Source of the DNA: Octopus bimaculoides | Lineage: Eukaryota | NCBI RefSeq assembly: GCF_001194135.2 | Contig: NC_068982.1 | Span: 329,196 to 393,195 of the forward strand | Direction: 5' to 3' | Length of the DNA: 64,000 nt | Shown: positions 36,401-49,900 of the stretch, in pieces | Position numbering within the stretch: the first letter of the stretch is position 1 | Layout: the number at the start of each line of letters is the position of its first letter | Position numbers and translations under genes: made by a program | Notes under the pieces: model-generated | Database searches by the model: none | The model's input: the letters and a program-made list of their open reading frames with translations, nothing else | What the model was told of the DNA's origin: nothing

Positions 36401-38733
36401 TAAACTTCTTTCAGACAAAGCAAAAGTTATTGGAGCATGACTGAGAAGTTTTGATGTATCCTCCATATTCACCTGAACTGGTGCTTTCAGATTCCCCACT
36501 GTTTTGGTCTCTTCACAATTCATTGAATGGACAGACCATCAAATCTGAAGAGGATGTGAAAATTAATCTGAAAGAGTTTTTCACCAGTAACGATAGGAAA
36601 TTCATTGAGCAGGGAATAATGGATCTGCCTACAAGATGGCAGAGGATACGGGAGCAAACCCCTTATTATATCAATGATTGAACAAACTGCTTTGTGCTTA
36701 AAACTTGCCTTATTTGTGTTTAAAATCTCATTTTGAGCAACTCAGTATATCATCATCAACACCATTTAGCATCTGCTTTCCATGCTGGCATAGATTAGAT
36801 GGGTTGTTTGGAGTTGGTAAACCAGAGAGCTGCACCAAGTTCTGGTTTGGCATGGTTTCTATGGCTGGATGCCCTTCCTAATGCCAACCACTCCAAAGAG
36901 TGTAATGGGTGCTTTTTACCTGCCACTGGCACGGGTGCTTTTGTGTGCCACTGGTACAGGGGCTTTTACATACCACCAGCATGGGTGCCAGTTATGTCAC
37001 ACTGGCGTTGGCCATGATTCCACTCGACTTCTCAAGCACAGCATATTGCCAAAAGTCTCAGTCATTTGTCATCACTTCCATGAGGCCCAACATTCAAAGA
37101 TCATGCTTCACCACCTTGTCCCACATCTTCCTGGGTCTACCTCTTTCACAGTTAGAGATTGGCACTTCTTTACAGAGCTGTTCTCGTCCATACACATCAC
37201 ATGACCATACCAGCATAGTTGTCTCTCTCTCTTGTACACCAAACCTAATGCCTCTTAAGCCCAATTTTTCTCTCAGGACACTCACACTCTGTTGTACACA
37301 CACACTGACATTACACATCCAGCAAAGCATACCAGCTTCATTTCTTACAAGCTTATACATGTCCTCACTGGTCACAGCCCATGTTTCACTGCTATGGAGC
37401 ACAACTACTACTAGATGTGTCCCCACTGGCATTTGATGGAGTCTATTTTCTGTACATTTCAAGTGTTTATTGTAGCTGTGTATCTGCTCCACCCCACACA
37501 CAGACTATTTTCCCTGTCAACCTTCTTCTGATATTGCTGCACCTCGTATGTGTCCATAGCCATTTCTATATATGGAGTAGGGCCATCTACCTGAAGGGAC
37601 TTATAATTTGTCTGCTTTCTTATTATCTAAGACTTTGTTTTTTGCAAGATTAACTCTAAGGCCCTTTGATTCTAGACCTTGCTTCCACTCCTAAAATTTC
37701 TTCTCTAGTTCTGGAAGTGATTCAGCTATGAGAACAAGATCATTAGCATAGAGGAGTTCCCAGAGGCAGCCTGACTTAAATTCCTCTGTTATTGCCTGGA
37801 AGACTATGATGAACAAGAAGGGGGCTGAGGACTGATCCTTGGTGAACCCCTACTTGTATCCTGAACTTTACCTTACTGACAGCATCTCTGTATATGGCTT
37901 GTACAGCTCTCACCAACCACTCATCTACCCTTAGTTTCTGCACTGAGCACAAGATAAAGGAGCAGGGAACACTGTCAGAAGCTTTTTCCATGTCAACAAA
38001 AGCCAGTTACAGGGGTTTATTTCTGACAAAGTATATACATACCTTGTCAAAAATAAACCCGTGTAATTGGCTTTTGTGTGTGTGTGAGGAGCAAACATGA
38101 CTGTTGTTAAGAAGTTTGCTTTGTTATCATGTCATGACTGAAATTAGTAGATGAAACTGTGCAGAAGCCTGTTTCACATACACATGTGTGCATTTGTGTC
38201 CACATGTCTTTGCTCGACATCATTTTAGTGGCTATGTTTATGCTTTCCATAAACAAAAATGTCTGGCAGTGGTTTGGTGTGTGAAGACAAGGAAAAAAAA
38301 GCAGACATAAAATGCTGCTGCTGATGATGATGATGATGTGTGTGTTTTATTTCCCCATCACCTGTGCCGATTGCATCATCTTTATCACTTCCTTCATAAG
38401 TGACTGCATCAAACTGTCTGCACCCAATATACTCTAACTTCCATGTTTTTATACATTACTTACCATCATGTTCCCTACCCTGGCCAACCGACCACCTCCT
38501 CCTGCCTTTGTTCATGTCAGGGACCCAATGTTTCCTCTGCATGTTAACTAAAAGAAGGATTTGCACCCCAACCTCATAAAACCCTACTCACCAGTAACCA
38601 CTACTCAAACAGAGCCCTGGGTTGGAAGGTTGTCGCCTGGGTGGTGCAACGGTGTCATCTGGCAGGAGCAGTAGGAGGAAATCACCAACAAATGCTGGAT
38701 GAAGCAACACACTGTTGCAATGCATTCTCCCCA

Positions 38734-38775
<42 letters not shown>

Positions 38776-41700
38776 GCCCTGAATTTGGAGCCCAACTGTA
38801 AAGAAGTTTGTTCCCTGTGAACTGTGAAGGAAGGCAACATTAATTGCACTTGACTGGTGAAGAAAAGAGACTTTGTCCAGTAACGCAGGAAGCAACTAAA
38901 TCATGATGTAGTTTGTAATGAAATGCCAAACGTGATTATGGAATATTGACTCTGCAACATTGACTTTAATATACAAACTCTTTCTAATTATTTTCATGCT
39001 AAATAATTTGACAGGAGAAGAGTATCAATCGTTAGTACTCAACAGCAACAATGGCACAAGTTGAATTCCCGAGACAACTAAACTAACTCAATGTCTTTCA
39101 TTGTGTGATTAAATTACAGCAAGCATCACTGCCATGCCCCTACAAACACAAATGTTCAAAGATCAATAGTTACCTTTGTTTCCAACGAGTGCCAAATGTG
39201 ATGGAGATTTCCCACTGTGGAGACTGGATCTGTTAATAGTTAGCAACCAATCTTCCAGGTTCTCAAAGCTGATATAATTGGTAATGTCATAAACCAAAAT
39301 AATTCCCTTTGAATTGGATTAAAAAAAACAAACAAAAACAAAACACAAAATTGGGGGGGAGGCTAAAATTCCATTTTTCAGGACAGTATTAGCTTGAATA
39401 TATTGGTAATACAGTATCAGTCAACATGTAGTAAATCTTCCTTGAATGTAGCTATTATTCTTAACTCCTTAGTCTTTCTCATCATCATTTAGTGCTCACT
39501 TTCCCATGCATGCCTGAGTCAGGTGGAGTTTATTTGAGGCAGATTTTCTATGGTCAAATGCCCATTCTTGACACCACCCTCCCCTATTCCCAAGCAAGCT
39601 AATATTTTCCCAGAATATTGGCAACAAGTGAAACTGCTTGTATGACAGTAACACTCACAACCCTCAAGCAATGCCAAAGAAGCACACACACAGAGTTTCC
39701 ATCAACCAAATCCACTCATAAGGTTTTAGTCAGCCTGGGGCTACAACAGAAGACACTTGTCCAAGGTGCCATGCAGTGGGATTGAACCCAGAACCATGCT
39801 ATACTGCAACTGTTGCCAAATCCTGAACCACATGAAATTGCAATTCAAATAATGTTACAGTCAAGAGTCAAAAACTGGAACTAATTTTTTTTCCATGGGT
39901 ATTTATAAGCCTGCAATGTGATTAGATGATGCTTATTGGGTTGGGTAGGGGTAGAATATCTGCTGGTGTTAATATATTCAATGAACAAGCAGATATGCTT
40001 CAACTATTTTATAAAAGTTTTCTTTTTTATAGCTTAGCCAAATCGGAAAGAGATATGTCCACAACTCTCGCTGGCCCTTCAGCATTGGTCAGCTTCATAC
40101 AGCAGAGCGAAAGCTGTATCTGGATGTCTACTGAAAACGTGTGGACAGGAGAGTAAAGCCAGAGGGTAGGTATTTTGAGGATGAGGAATTAGGTGTATTG
40201 TTTAGCTCGAGCAGCAGAAAAGAAGTCAGTATGGGTGATGAGATGAAGAGAAGTGCGTGTGTTGGGTAAAATTAAAAGAGTATAAAAAATCAGTGAGCTG
40301 AGAGAAGCAGAGGTTGTTGCAGTAGAAAAGGTGAGAGGGGTGCAATGGGAAGTTAAAATTTCCTTGCTGGACATTGTTAACAGGAACTCGGGGAGGATAT
40401 ATAAGTGGTGGGCTCTTGAAATGTGTTGGGGAGGAGTCTCAGCTGTGAGGTTCCTTGTGGTACAGGTGAACTCAGACATTCTTTCGGGTATCCCTTCTTC
40501 TATGGACGATATTACATGGATAGCAGTTCAACTGGTCATTACTTGTTGACATGAATCTGCTCTTAAGAAGCCATTCCGGAGGAGATCAGCATTACCTGTG
40601 GGTTAGAGATTAAAGTACGAAGGTTCTTATTAATGAGTTAGATGGCTTTTTGGTGTTCTAAGATCTTTGTGTCTTTCTTTAGCAGCATCGTTTTAGATGT
40701 GGGAGCAATCTTCCATTGTCAGGATCACCAAACTTTGTAGAGTCAGCCATTGTTCAGGAATGAAGTACGTTGGACTTTGGTTTGTATTATGTTAATGAAT
40801 GAAAGGTAATCAAGAGAGATCGTTAATAATTGGAAGCATTTGTGCAGTGAGAGGTACAAGCATGGATGGGTGCACAAGGAGCTTGCTTTGTAGCCATGGG
40901 ATCTCAGGTTCAATGCTGTGTCTTGGCACAAGTGTCTTCTACTATAGCCCCAGGTTGGCCAACCTTGTGAATGGATTTGGTAGATGGAAACTAAAAAAAA
41001 GTTTAAATTGTGTGCATGTGTGTATACACATATACATTTACATACACAACACCTATGTATGTATGTCTGTATGTACCTTGTACTGACATCATGTGATGGT
41101 TGTAAACAAGCGTTACTGTCATACTAACAATGATATTCATTTCCAGTTTTCTGTAAGAAACATGTCTGGCCACTGGGAAATATTACCTTGCTTGGAAAGG
41201 GGTAAGAGTTAGGAGCAGGAAGGGCATCCAGCAGTTGAAAATCTGCCTCAACAAATTCTGTCTGACCCATGCAAGCATGGAAAAGTGGGTGTTAAATGAT
41301 GATAATGATGATGACTATCTTTAAACTGTTGATGGAGACAAATTGGAGAATGTTTTTTGAGGTCTCTGGTGTGGAAACAGCGAAGGAAGAATGAAGAATT
41401 ACATGAGAAGGTTGTTAATATACAAGAGGAGAATACAAGAATTGATGAGTGCATCAGAGAGAGAGAGAGAGAGAGAGAGTCTAAAAACATGCAAGATAAC
41501 CAAGAAATTCTTAAGCCACAAACAATCAAATGCTTTGTTATGAGATTGTTTTCACAAAATATTTTTGCTGAATCTGAATTTTTAGTTGAAACAGAAAAGA
41601 AATACAATTTGATCTAAATTTTGCATTTTTTTTTACTAGTATAATAGTAATAATAGTGATTTTCTTATACAAGTGTCTTTGATGGGTTCATAGACTAATG

Positions 41701-43956
41701 TGGGAATTTCTGTCACTATTTATAAATTTATGGAAAAAAGAAAACAAGCCTTACCTGTGCACCATAAATGTAATTTTCCAGCATGCTGCTCCCTAAACAG
41801 ATCCCACTGATATCCCAGATTTGCAGTACCACATTCATTTGACCTGAAACAGAAAGTACAATTCCAAAAGTACTTTAGGATAAGAGGAGATAAACAAGTC
41901 ACTGATGGCATTCAAAAGGTTTACAAAAGTTTGCATCAAGTTTTTTTTCTAAAATTCCACAAATTCCACAGAACCAGGAATGAAATTTCATTGCTTCTTT
42001 GCATTGTGGAGATTATCTGAATATAAACAGATTGGGAAAAGAAGTTAACAGGAAGTTTCTACTACAGCAGTTGGATGAAATCTGATACAGGAGACCAACA
42101 GGTGAATCCCAGGTGACCAATTTCAAGTCCTCAGGGAAGGGAAGTTGACTAAAATAATAATAATAATTTGAACCAATTAAGTTGCAGAATCACACTGAAC
42201 AATTTTTCATTTTGAGATAATCCTGAACTTTACCAGACTGTAAAACAGTTAAAAAAGAAATCCTAAGCAAAACGAAAAACCAAGTGAGCTCTGAACTTAG
42301 GCAAATGCCCCAATAAGCAAATAGCTGAAATTCTCTTCAACATTGGAAGATGTGGGACGAAGTGGTGAGAAAGGATCTACAGACATTGAGACTCAAAGAG
42401 GGGGTGATAGGGGACAAAGACTGCTGGTGGTTTGCTGTACTTGAAAGGACACATCAAGCTAAGTAAAAGCATGGTGGTCCTTGCATACAGGCCGTCCCCT
42501 GCATCCCTAACCTTGTGGGCTCATGGGTGCTGAGGCCACATAAAAAGCACCTGCACTAGTGCCATGTAAACGCACCCAGCACACTCTGTAAATTGGTTGG
42601 CATTAGGAAGGACATCCAGTAGTAGAAACCATGCCAAATCAGACAACTGGAGCCGAGACAGCACTTCAGCTGGCCAGCTCCTGCCAAACCGTCCAACCCA
42701 TGCCAGCATGGAAAATGGACATTAAATGATGATGATGATATATAGAGAAACATAGACACACATACGATATATCGAGAACGTTAAATGATAAATTCTAGGC
42801 ATGTGTCTGTGTTTGTCCCTCCCCTGCCACTGCCTGACAACAACCTGAGATACTTTGTTTACATCCCAGTCACTTAGGTCGATAGAAAAAGTATCCGGCT
42901 TTAAGTACTGGTGTCAATTCAGTTGACTAAAGAGATGCTTCAAGTCGGTGCCCCAGTATGGCCACAGCCTAATGACTGAAACAAGTAAAAGATAAAAGGT
43001 AAAATAATAATTATCGTTATTTCAATTTGCATTTAGTTACATGAAAATATTAGCTTGAAATTTCTTCCTGTATTTGTTATATTGGTTTCAAAATATAGCA
43101 CAAGGCCAGCATTTACAGGGGAGGGAGTAACTTGGTTACATCAACACCAGTGTGCAACTGGTACTTATTTTACTGGCCCCAAAAGTGGATCTCAGCAGAA
43201 TTTCAACTCAGAATATAAGGATGGATGAAATATTGCTTAGCATTTTACCTGCTCTGCTAATGATTTTCACCTGGCCTGCTAATGATTTTCACCTGATCTG
43301 CTAATGATTTTCATCTGGTCTGGTCTGCTAATAATTTTTACCTGCCAGAAGGTTGCACCAGGCTCAATCTGATCTGGCAAACTTTCTACAGCTGGATGCC
43401 CTTCGTAACGCCAACTACTTCGAGAGTGTAGCGGGTGTTTTTACGTGCCACCAGCACAAGAGCCAGTCAGGCGGTTCTGGCAATGACCACGCTTAAAAGG
43501 TGCTTTTTACATGCTATCTGCACAGGAGCCAGTCTGGCGGCACTGGCAATGACCATGCTCAAATGTTGTTTTTCACGTGCCAGTGGCACATGTGCCAGTA
43601 AGGCGACACTGGCAACAATCACACTCGAATGGTGCTTTTTGCATGCCACTGTCACGGGAGCCAATCCGTGGCCCTGGCAATGATCACACTCGGATGCGCT
43701 TTTAACATTCCACTGTCATGAGTGCCAATCAGGTGGTACTGTCATCAGCCATGTCAGCGATTTTGATTTCACTTGCCTCAATAGGTCTACATAGGCGTAG
43801 CAGTGGCTGTGTGGTAAGTAGCTTGCTTACGAATCACATGGTTCCAGGTTCAGTCCCACTGTGTGGCACCTTGGGCAAGTGTCTTCTACTATAGCCTCGG
43901 GCCGACCAAAGCCTTGTGAGTGGATTTGGTAGACGGAAACTGAAAGAAGCCCGTCT

Positions 43957-43995
<39 letters not shown>

Positions 43996-46900
43996 GTATG
44001 TATGTGTGTGTATATGTTTGTGTGTCTGTGTTTGTCCTCCCTAACATTGCTTGACAACCAATGCTGGTGTGTTTACATCCCCGTAACTTAGCAGTTCGGC
44101 AAAAGACACCGATAGAATAAGTACTCGGCTTACAAATAATAAGTCCTGGGATCGATTTGCTTGACTAAAGGCGGTGCTCCAGCATGGCTGCAGTCAAATG
44201 ACTGAAACAAGTAAAAGAGTATAGGAGATAAACGATGGGCTTCTTAAAGTTTCCATTTACCAAATCCACTCATAAGGCTTTAGTAGGCCCAGGGCCCGCC
44301 CATAATGCTATGCAGTGGGTCTGAACCTGAAACGACATTGTTGGGAAGTGAACTTCTTAAGTACACAGCAGCTATGCATACCTGTGCAAATTTTTTAACA
44401 AAATAAGACATTGTTGCACCTGGAGATGAATCCTACCCAAGTTCAATGGGGCATCATTGACTCAGATATTGTCATTTTATCTTCATGCTATACCCATGCC
44501 ATACTTAATATTTTATCCATAAAAAGGATTTGAAATCACACAACTAAATGAACTGGGTCATTTGAGAGTGAACAATGCAAGCTGTTGACCTATCAGCAAA
44601 CAATTTGTGACTGAGTTGGCCAACAGGATTTGTTTAATCTCTACTGACATTGACAACAAAAAAAAAAAAAAAAAAAAAAGAATATCTAGAAAATGAAAAA
44701 CAAATATCACTTACCCCTTAGAATTATTCTTTTCAAATAAAAGTCTACTCCCATCGTTTTTTTATATTCTTTCCAGAAATTGTCCTGGGTGTATCGAGTT
44801 GCTATGGAAGTCTGCAAATTTAAAGAGTTGATTGATTTAGATTTAATGGCAATGCATAGAGATTTCCTTTTGTAAGCAAATAGTAGCTAGGCTGAAAATA
44901 TAATCTATAAAAGGTAAAAATAAGACAGCTCTTAAAATTTCAACGATTATTTTGATAAGTTGTTAGCATGCTCTAAATCTTCCTGTCAGAAAAGACAAGA
45001 ATGCTGTTAAGCTGTTTTTAATAAATCCATATCAGTAAGAATGACTGACAGAAACTTTAAACCTCAATGGTTGAATATCAGTCAACACTACCAATGAATG
45101 GCTTTGGGAAAGTCTTGGATATATTTAAGCTACGATGACAGACAATGACAAGAGAGAAGTGATAGAAATGTAGCTTCACAAGTTAATGCACAACATGGCA
45201 TACATGAATTAAAGATGAAGTTGTCTGGAAATGACCTTTCTAATATTTCAAGGGTTAAGGCCATAGATATTTGGATAAGTGATCAATGAAACGTTTGCCC
45301 TGAATGACCTTTCACTGCACCATTGCTACCAACCGAAACATAGGACCATAATAATGGCAGCACCAATGAAGGCGTTTGATGGACACTGGTAGGCATAACC
45401 AAACGGGTAGTGGCAGCAGGCTCTGAGAATGGACGACAGTGACTTTACAGAGTGACCCGTGAAGAGATGCAGTAACCCTTAGTATAGTAGATCCCTAAAA
45501 TTCTTCTTGGATACCAGTTGTGAAAAAACCTCAAAGGAAGGAGATCTTTAGTCTGTAAAAAAGTATTGCAACCAAACAGAAGGAACAAACACTTGAAACA
45601 TGTGGATAGATTTGTGTTGTGCTTGATTACTCTTGAAAATGCCATGAAGTAAATATAAGTTGCCAGGAATGTGTTTAGTATGTAAAATTGGTCTCTCCAA
45701 CTGTGTTACACTACTAAGCTGATTGGGTATTTTAGCAGTGTGTTCACGGATGGTTAAAAAGTTGGATGGAGTGTTGAAGAAGGAGCAAGAACCTCTGAAA
45801 TGGGTATCATCCACCCATTACCCACCTGTCATCTATTTTTACTATCTTCATTTGCATTGTTTAGATGAATGCATTTATGTACAAAATGTTTGTAATGGTT
45901 AAGATTGATTAGGGACACAATAATATGAAATGTCGGAGTCAGCAGTTTTAACGATAAAAATTTGTTGTTATAACTGCATGTCGTAGGATGTGAAAGATGG
46001 ACAATGGATGAAGTTTTAAGAAAGTATTTATTTACCGTTACGTTGAAAAATACCTTGCCTCATCGGGCAGGTTATAAAATCTGAGAGCATGTGAAAGTAA
46101 GTTGGATGTGGTAGAATTTTTCTTTGTATAGTTTTGTGTACATGTTCTCTTAGCAGTAAACCACTGATAGTGATAGAATGATGTTGTAAGAGAACAGATA
46201 TAGAGCTAGTGAAAGTTGTAGGGTTGTGGGACATTGTCTCACAGTTGCTGACAGTAAATTTCATTTCTCCGTCTGACTATTGTCTTTAGTAGCTGCCTTG
46301 CTTGGGATCATGATTCTAACAGTCTGTTCCTTAACTGATTGAGTTGTCACGAGCCAACTCACTCAGTTGTCACCAAGTGACCTCTGGTTTTTGCTTGGGG
46401 GTTCTTGCTTTTATAACTATCCAGAAGGACAGACATACCGTTGAGAACCATGGGCTTCGTTGGTGGTGCTGTGATGTCTCTATTCTAGCTTTTGGTGAAG
46501 TAGAAGGGGTTATAAGGGTCAAGTGGGGAAGACATTATTTTGGCCTAGTTAAAAGGCAATCTGGCAAATGTAAAACTGCTGTCACTGAAAAAAAGCCATT
46601 GTTCTACTGTGGGAAAAGTTCTGTTGAATTGTTAATTTAAATTTGGCTATGGTGGATTGAATCCACTTCATGCTTGCAAGATTCACTACATGTTGTATCT
46701 TTCAGTGGTGGTTCTGAGTTCTATAGATGTAAACTTCAGAAATAAACAGAAGTAGTTATGCTGACATGCCTTTTAATTTCATTCTTGCATTGGATGACAG
46801 AAAGAAACATTTCAATTAAAACATTTGTTGAACTCTTACAACTTGATATCATTGACATTTCCATTGACATTCAGACAAACCTGCCCCAAAGCATTTCAGG

Positions 46901-49900
46901 TTGTCCAGCATGACCCAAAGATCAGTACATGATGAACTCAAGGAGAAATATCATCAGTATAATGGACGTGTATTGCCAGTGTAGATGGTGTCTACAAATG
47001 AATGAAAACAATTTGTCAAGCAAAGTGAAACAAAGTTGGCATCATGAATCATCATCATCATCATCGTTTAACGTCCGCTTTCCATGCTAGCATGGGTTGG
47101 ACGATTTGACTGAGGACTGGTGAAACCGGTTGGCAACACCAGGCTCCAGTCTAATTTGGCAGAGTTTCTACAGCTGGATGCCCTTCCTAACGCCAACCAC
47201 TCAGAGAGTGTAGTGGGTGCTTTTACGTGTCACCCGCACGAAAACGGCCATGCTCGAAATGGTGTCTTTTATGTGCCACCCGCACAAGCCAGTCCAGGGG
47301 CACTGGCAACGATCTCACTCGAAAATCCTACAGGAGCCAGTCAGGCGGTACTGGCAACGGCCATGCTNNNNNNNNNNNNNNNNNNNNNNNNNNNNNNNNN
47401 NNNNNNNNNNNNNNNNNNNNNNNNNNNNNNNNNNNNNNNNNNNNNNNNNNNNNNNNNNNNNNNNNNNNNNNNNNNNNNNNNNNNNNNNNNNNNNNNNNNN
47501 NNNNNNNNNNNNNNNNNNNNNNNNNNNNNNNNNNNNNNNNNNNNNNNNNNNNNNNNNNNNNNNNNNNNNNNNNNNNNNNNNNNNNNNNNNNNNNNNNNNN
47601 NNNNNNNNNNNNNNNNNNNNNNNNNNNNNNNNNNNNNNNNNNNNNNNNNNNNNNNNNNNNNNNNNNNNNNNNNNNNNNNNNNNNNNNNNNNNNNNNNNNN
47701 NNNCTTCCACGGGTTCCCTCAACTGTTAGGGTGTGGCACTTTTTCACGCAGCTATCCTCATCCATTCTCACCACATGTCCATACCAGCGCAATCGTCTCT
47801 CTTGCACACCACAACTGATGCTTCTAATGTTCAGCTTTTCTCTCAAGATACTTACACTCTGACGGGTATTCACATTGACATTACACATCCAACGGAGCAT
47901 ACTGGCTTCATTCCTTGCAAGCTTACGTATGTCTGTTGCTATTAACCTCAAACACATGGATTCTTATCTTTGCCATTTACCCCGTGGCTTACTATTGGCT
48001 TTCATACTATACTACAAACACTGAAAATAGATTCTAATTATTTACTTACAATGACTATTCACTTCTGGGACTACCATTTATTTTCCAGTAAACATTGAAG
48101 TATGAAAATTAATCTATACAACTACCAGCAGAGCAGATCATAGTTTGATGCAATTTGTTTGAAATTTGTAACAGGACAAAAATGGATGATAATGTATTTG
48201 TAGTAACTGTGTCAGTGGATCCTGTGCCAGTGGCACATGAAAAGCACCATTCGAGCATGATCATTGACAGCATCGCCTTACTGGCACATGAAAAATAACA
48301 TTCAAGTGTGGTCGTTGCCAATGCCACCGGACTGGCTCCTGTGCAAATAGCACATAAAAAACAGCTTTTGAGCATGGTTGTTGCTAGGACTATCTGACTG
48401 GCCCTCGTGCCGGTGTCACGTAAAAGCACCCACTACACTCTCGGAGTGATTGGCGTTAGGAAGGGCATCCAGCTGTAGAAACTCTGCCAAATCAGATTGG
48501 AGCCTGGTGCAGCCTCTGGTTCACCAGTCCTCAGTCAAACCGTCCAACCCATGCCAGCCTGGAAAGTGGACGTTAAACAATGATGATGATGATGTATTTT
48601 TGTTTTAAACTGAATTTTGATTTTAATTTGTTTCAATAATTTGCTTCTTTTTTCCTTTTTTTTTTTGTAAATATTATCCAGTTCCTTATTGACTCAATAA
48701 TGGTGGGAATTCCAACTAATCACACTGAATCTCTACTTGTATACATTCTTTTATTCTTGGGAGCTTTCTGCTGTAAAATAAAGGCTTGTCACAGAAGTCT
48801 GACCTATGTTTCAGTAGTATTTAGCAAATGGAATATACATTTTTATCTGGATAAGATGCTGTAGTGGGGTTTAAATTTGATGTCACACTCAGAAAACGAA
48901 TGTTTTCACTGAGCAACAAGCAAAACGGCCACATCATATCAGGTGACTTGCTTTGAATCCCGACCAGCTGCAATTGTACAATTCATGGAATTTTCCATGA
49001 GTTTTCCACTAAACATTGTTATAAATTGAGGTTTGCACCAAGTTCTCACAAGCAGAGGGATGAGATGCATGCATCATGTGTGGCAAAGGTTGAGAGGTTC
49101 CAGAAAAAAACAGACAAACGCAGAATTCTTGGTCAAATGCTTGACCTCAGGTTCAAAAGAATCACTTGTCTTCCATGAACATAATATTCTCATTTCTTCA
49201 AGCAATGACTAGAGCAAAACACTTCATTTCACACTGCCCCAGTCCACTCAACTGGCAAAAATAAGTAATCCTGCAACGGATCGGCATCGCATCCAGGTAA
49301 GGAACATATAGTGTGAGAATTTACAAAAAAAAACAAAAAACAAAGAAGGGTATGTAAACAACAAACAGATGCATTAGTTTAACGCTTGAGAAGTGAGAAA
49401 GTCTTTTACGTTTTGAGCCTACGCTCTTCAACAGAAGGGGACACAGAAATAAACAGGGAGAGAGAAATGACAACAGGAAAAAGCAGAAAGTACAAAAAGT
49501 TCAAATGTCGTGGTGTATTGGAGCGATTTCTCATCAATGGAAGAGTCCAGTGTAATCTATGGGTAGGAGAGGTGCAGCCGAAGTGTAGGAGTCCGAGTGT
49601 AGGCGAGTAGAAAGTCCAGGTAGAATAACCCAAGAAAAGTTCGAAGTGTTATGAGGTGGAGACAGGATGAAACTGGAGCGACCACATGAGCGTGTAAACA
49701 ACAAACAGATGTATTAGTTTAATGCTCAGGAAGTGAGAGAGTCTTTTACATTTCGAGCCTATGCTCTTCAACAGAAAGGAATACGAGGAAATAAACAGGG
49801 AGAGAGAAACGACATGCTACCGAAACTGGGAAACTGACCCTTGTGAGCCTGGCATGGCTTGAGAAGGAAACATTAATTAATAAAATATCTGAATAATTTT

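Larger units (their letters stand above)
49353..49809 (-). mobile_element. Non-coding retrozyme-like / Penelope-derived element: two ~115-bp direct repeats with hammerhead motifs, 340-bp period
   Basis: 49353-49467 and 49693-49809 align at offset 340; a third solo copy lies at about 16734-16850; no recognisable ORF between the repeats. Confidence 0.6.
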
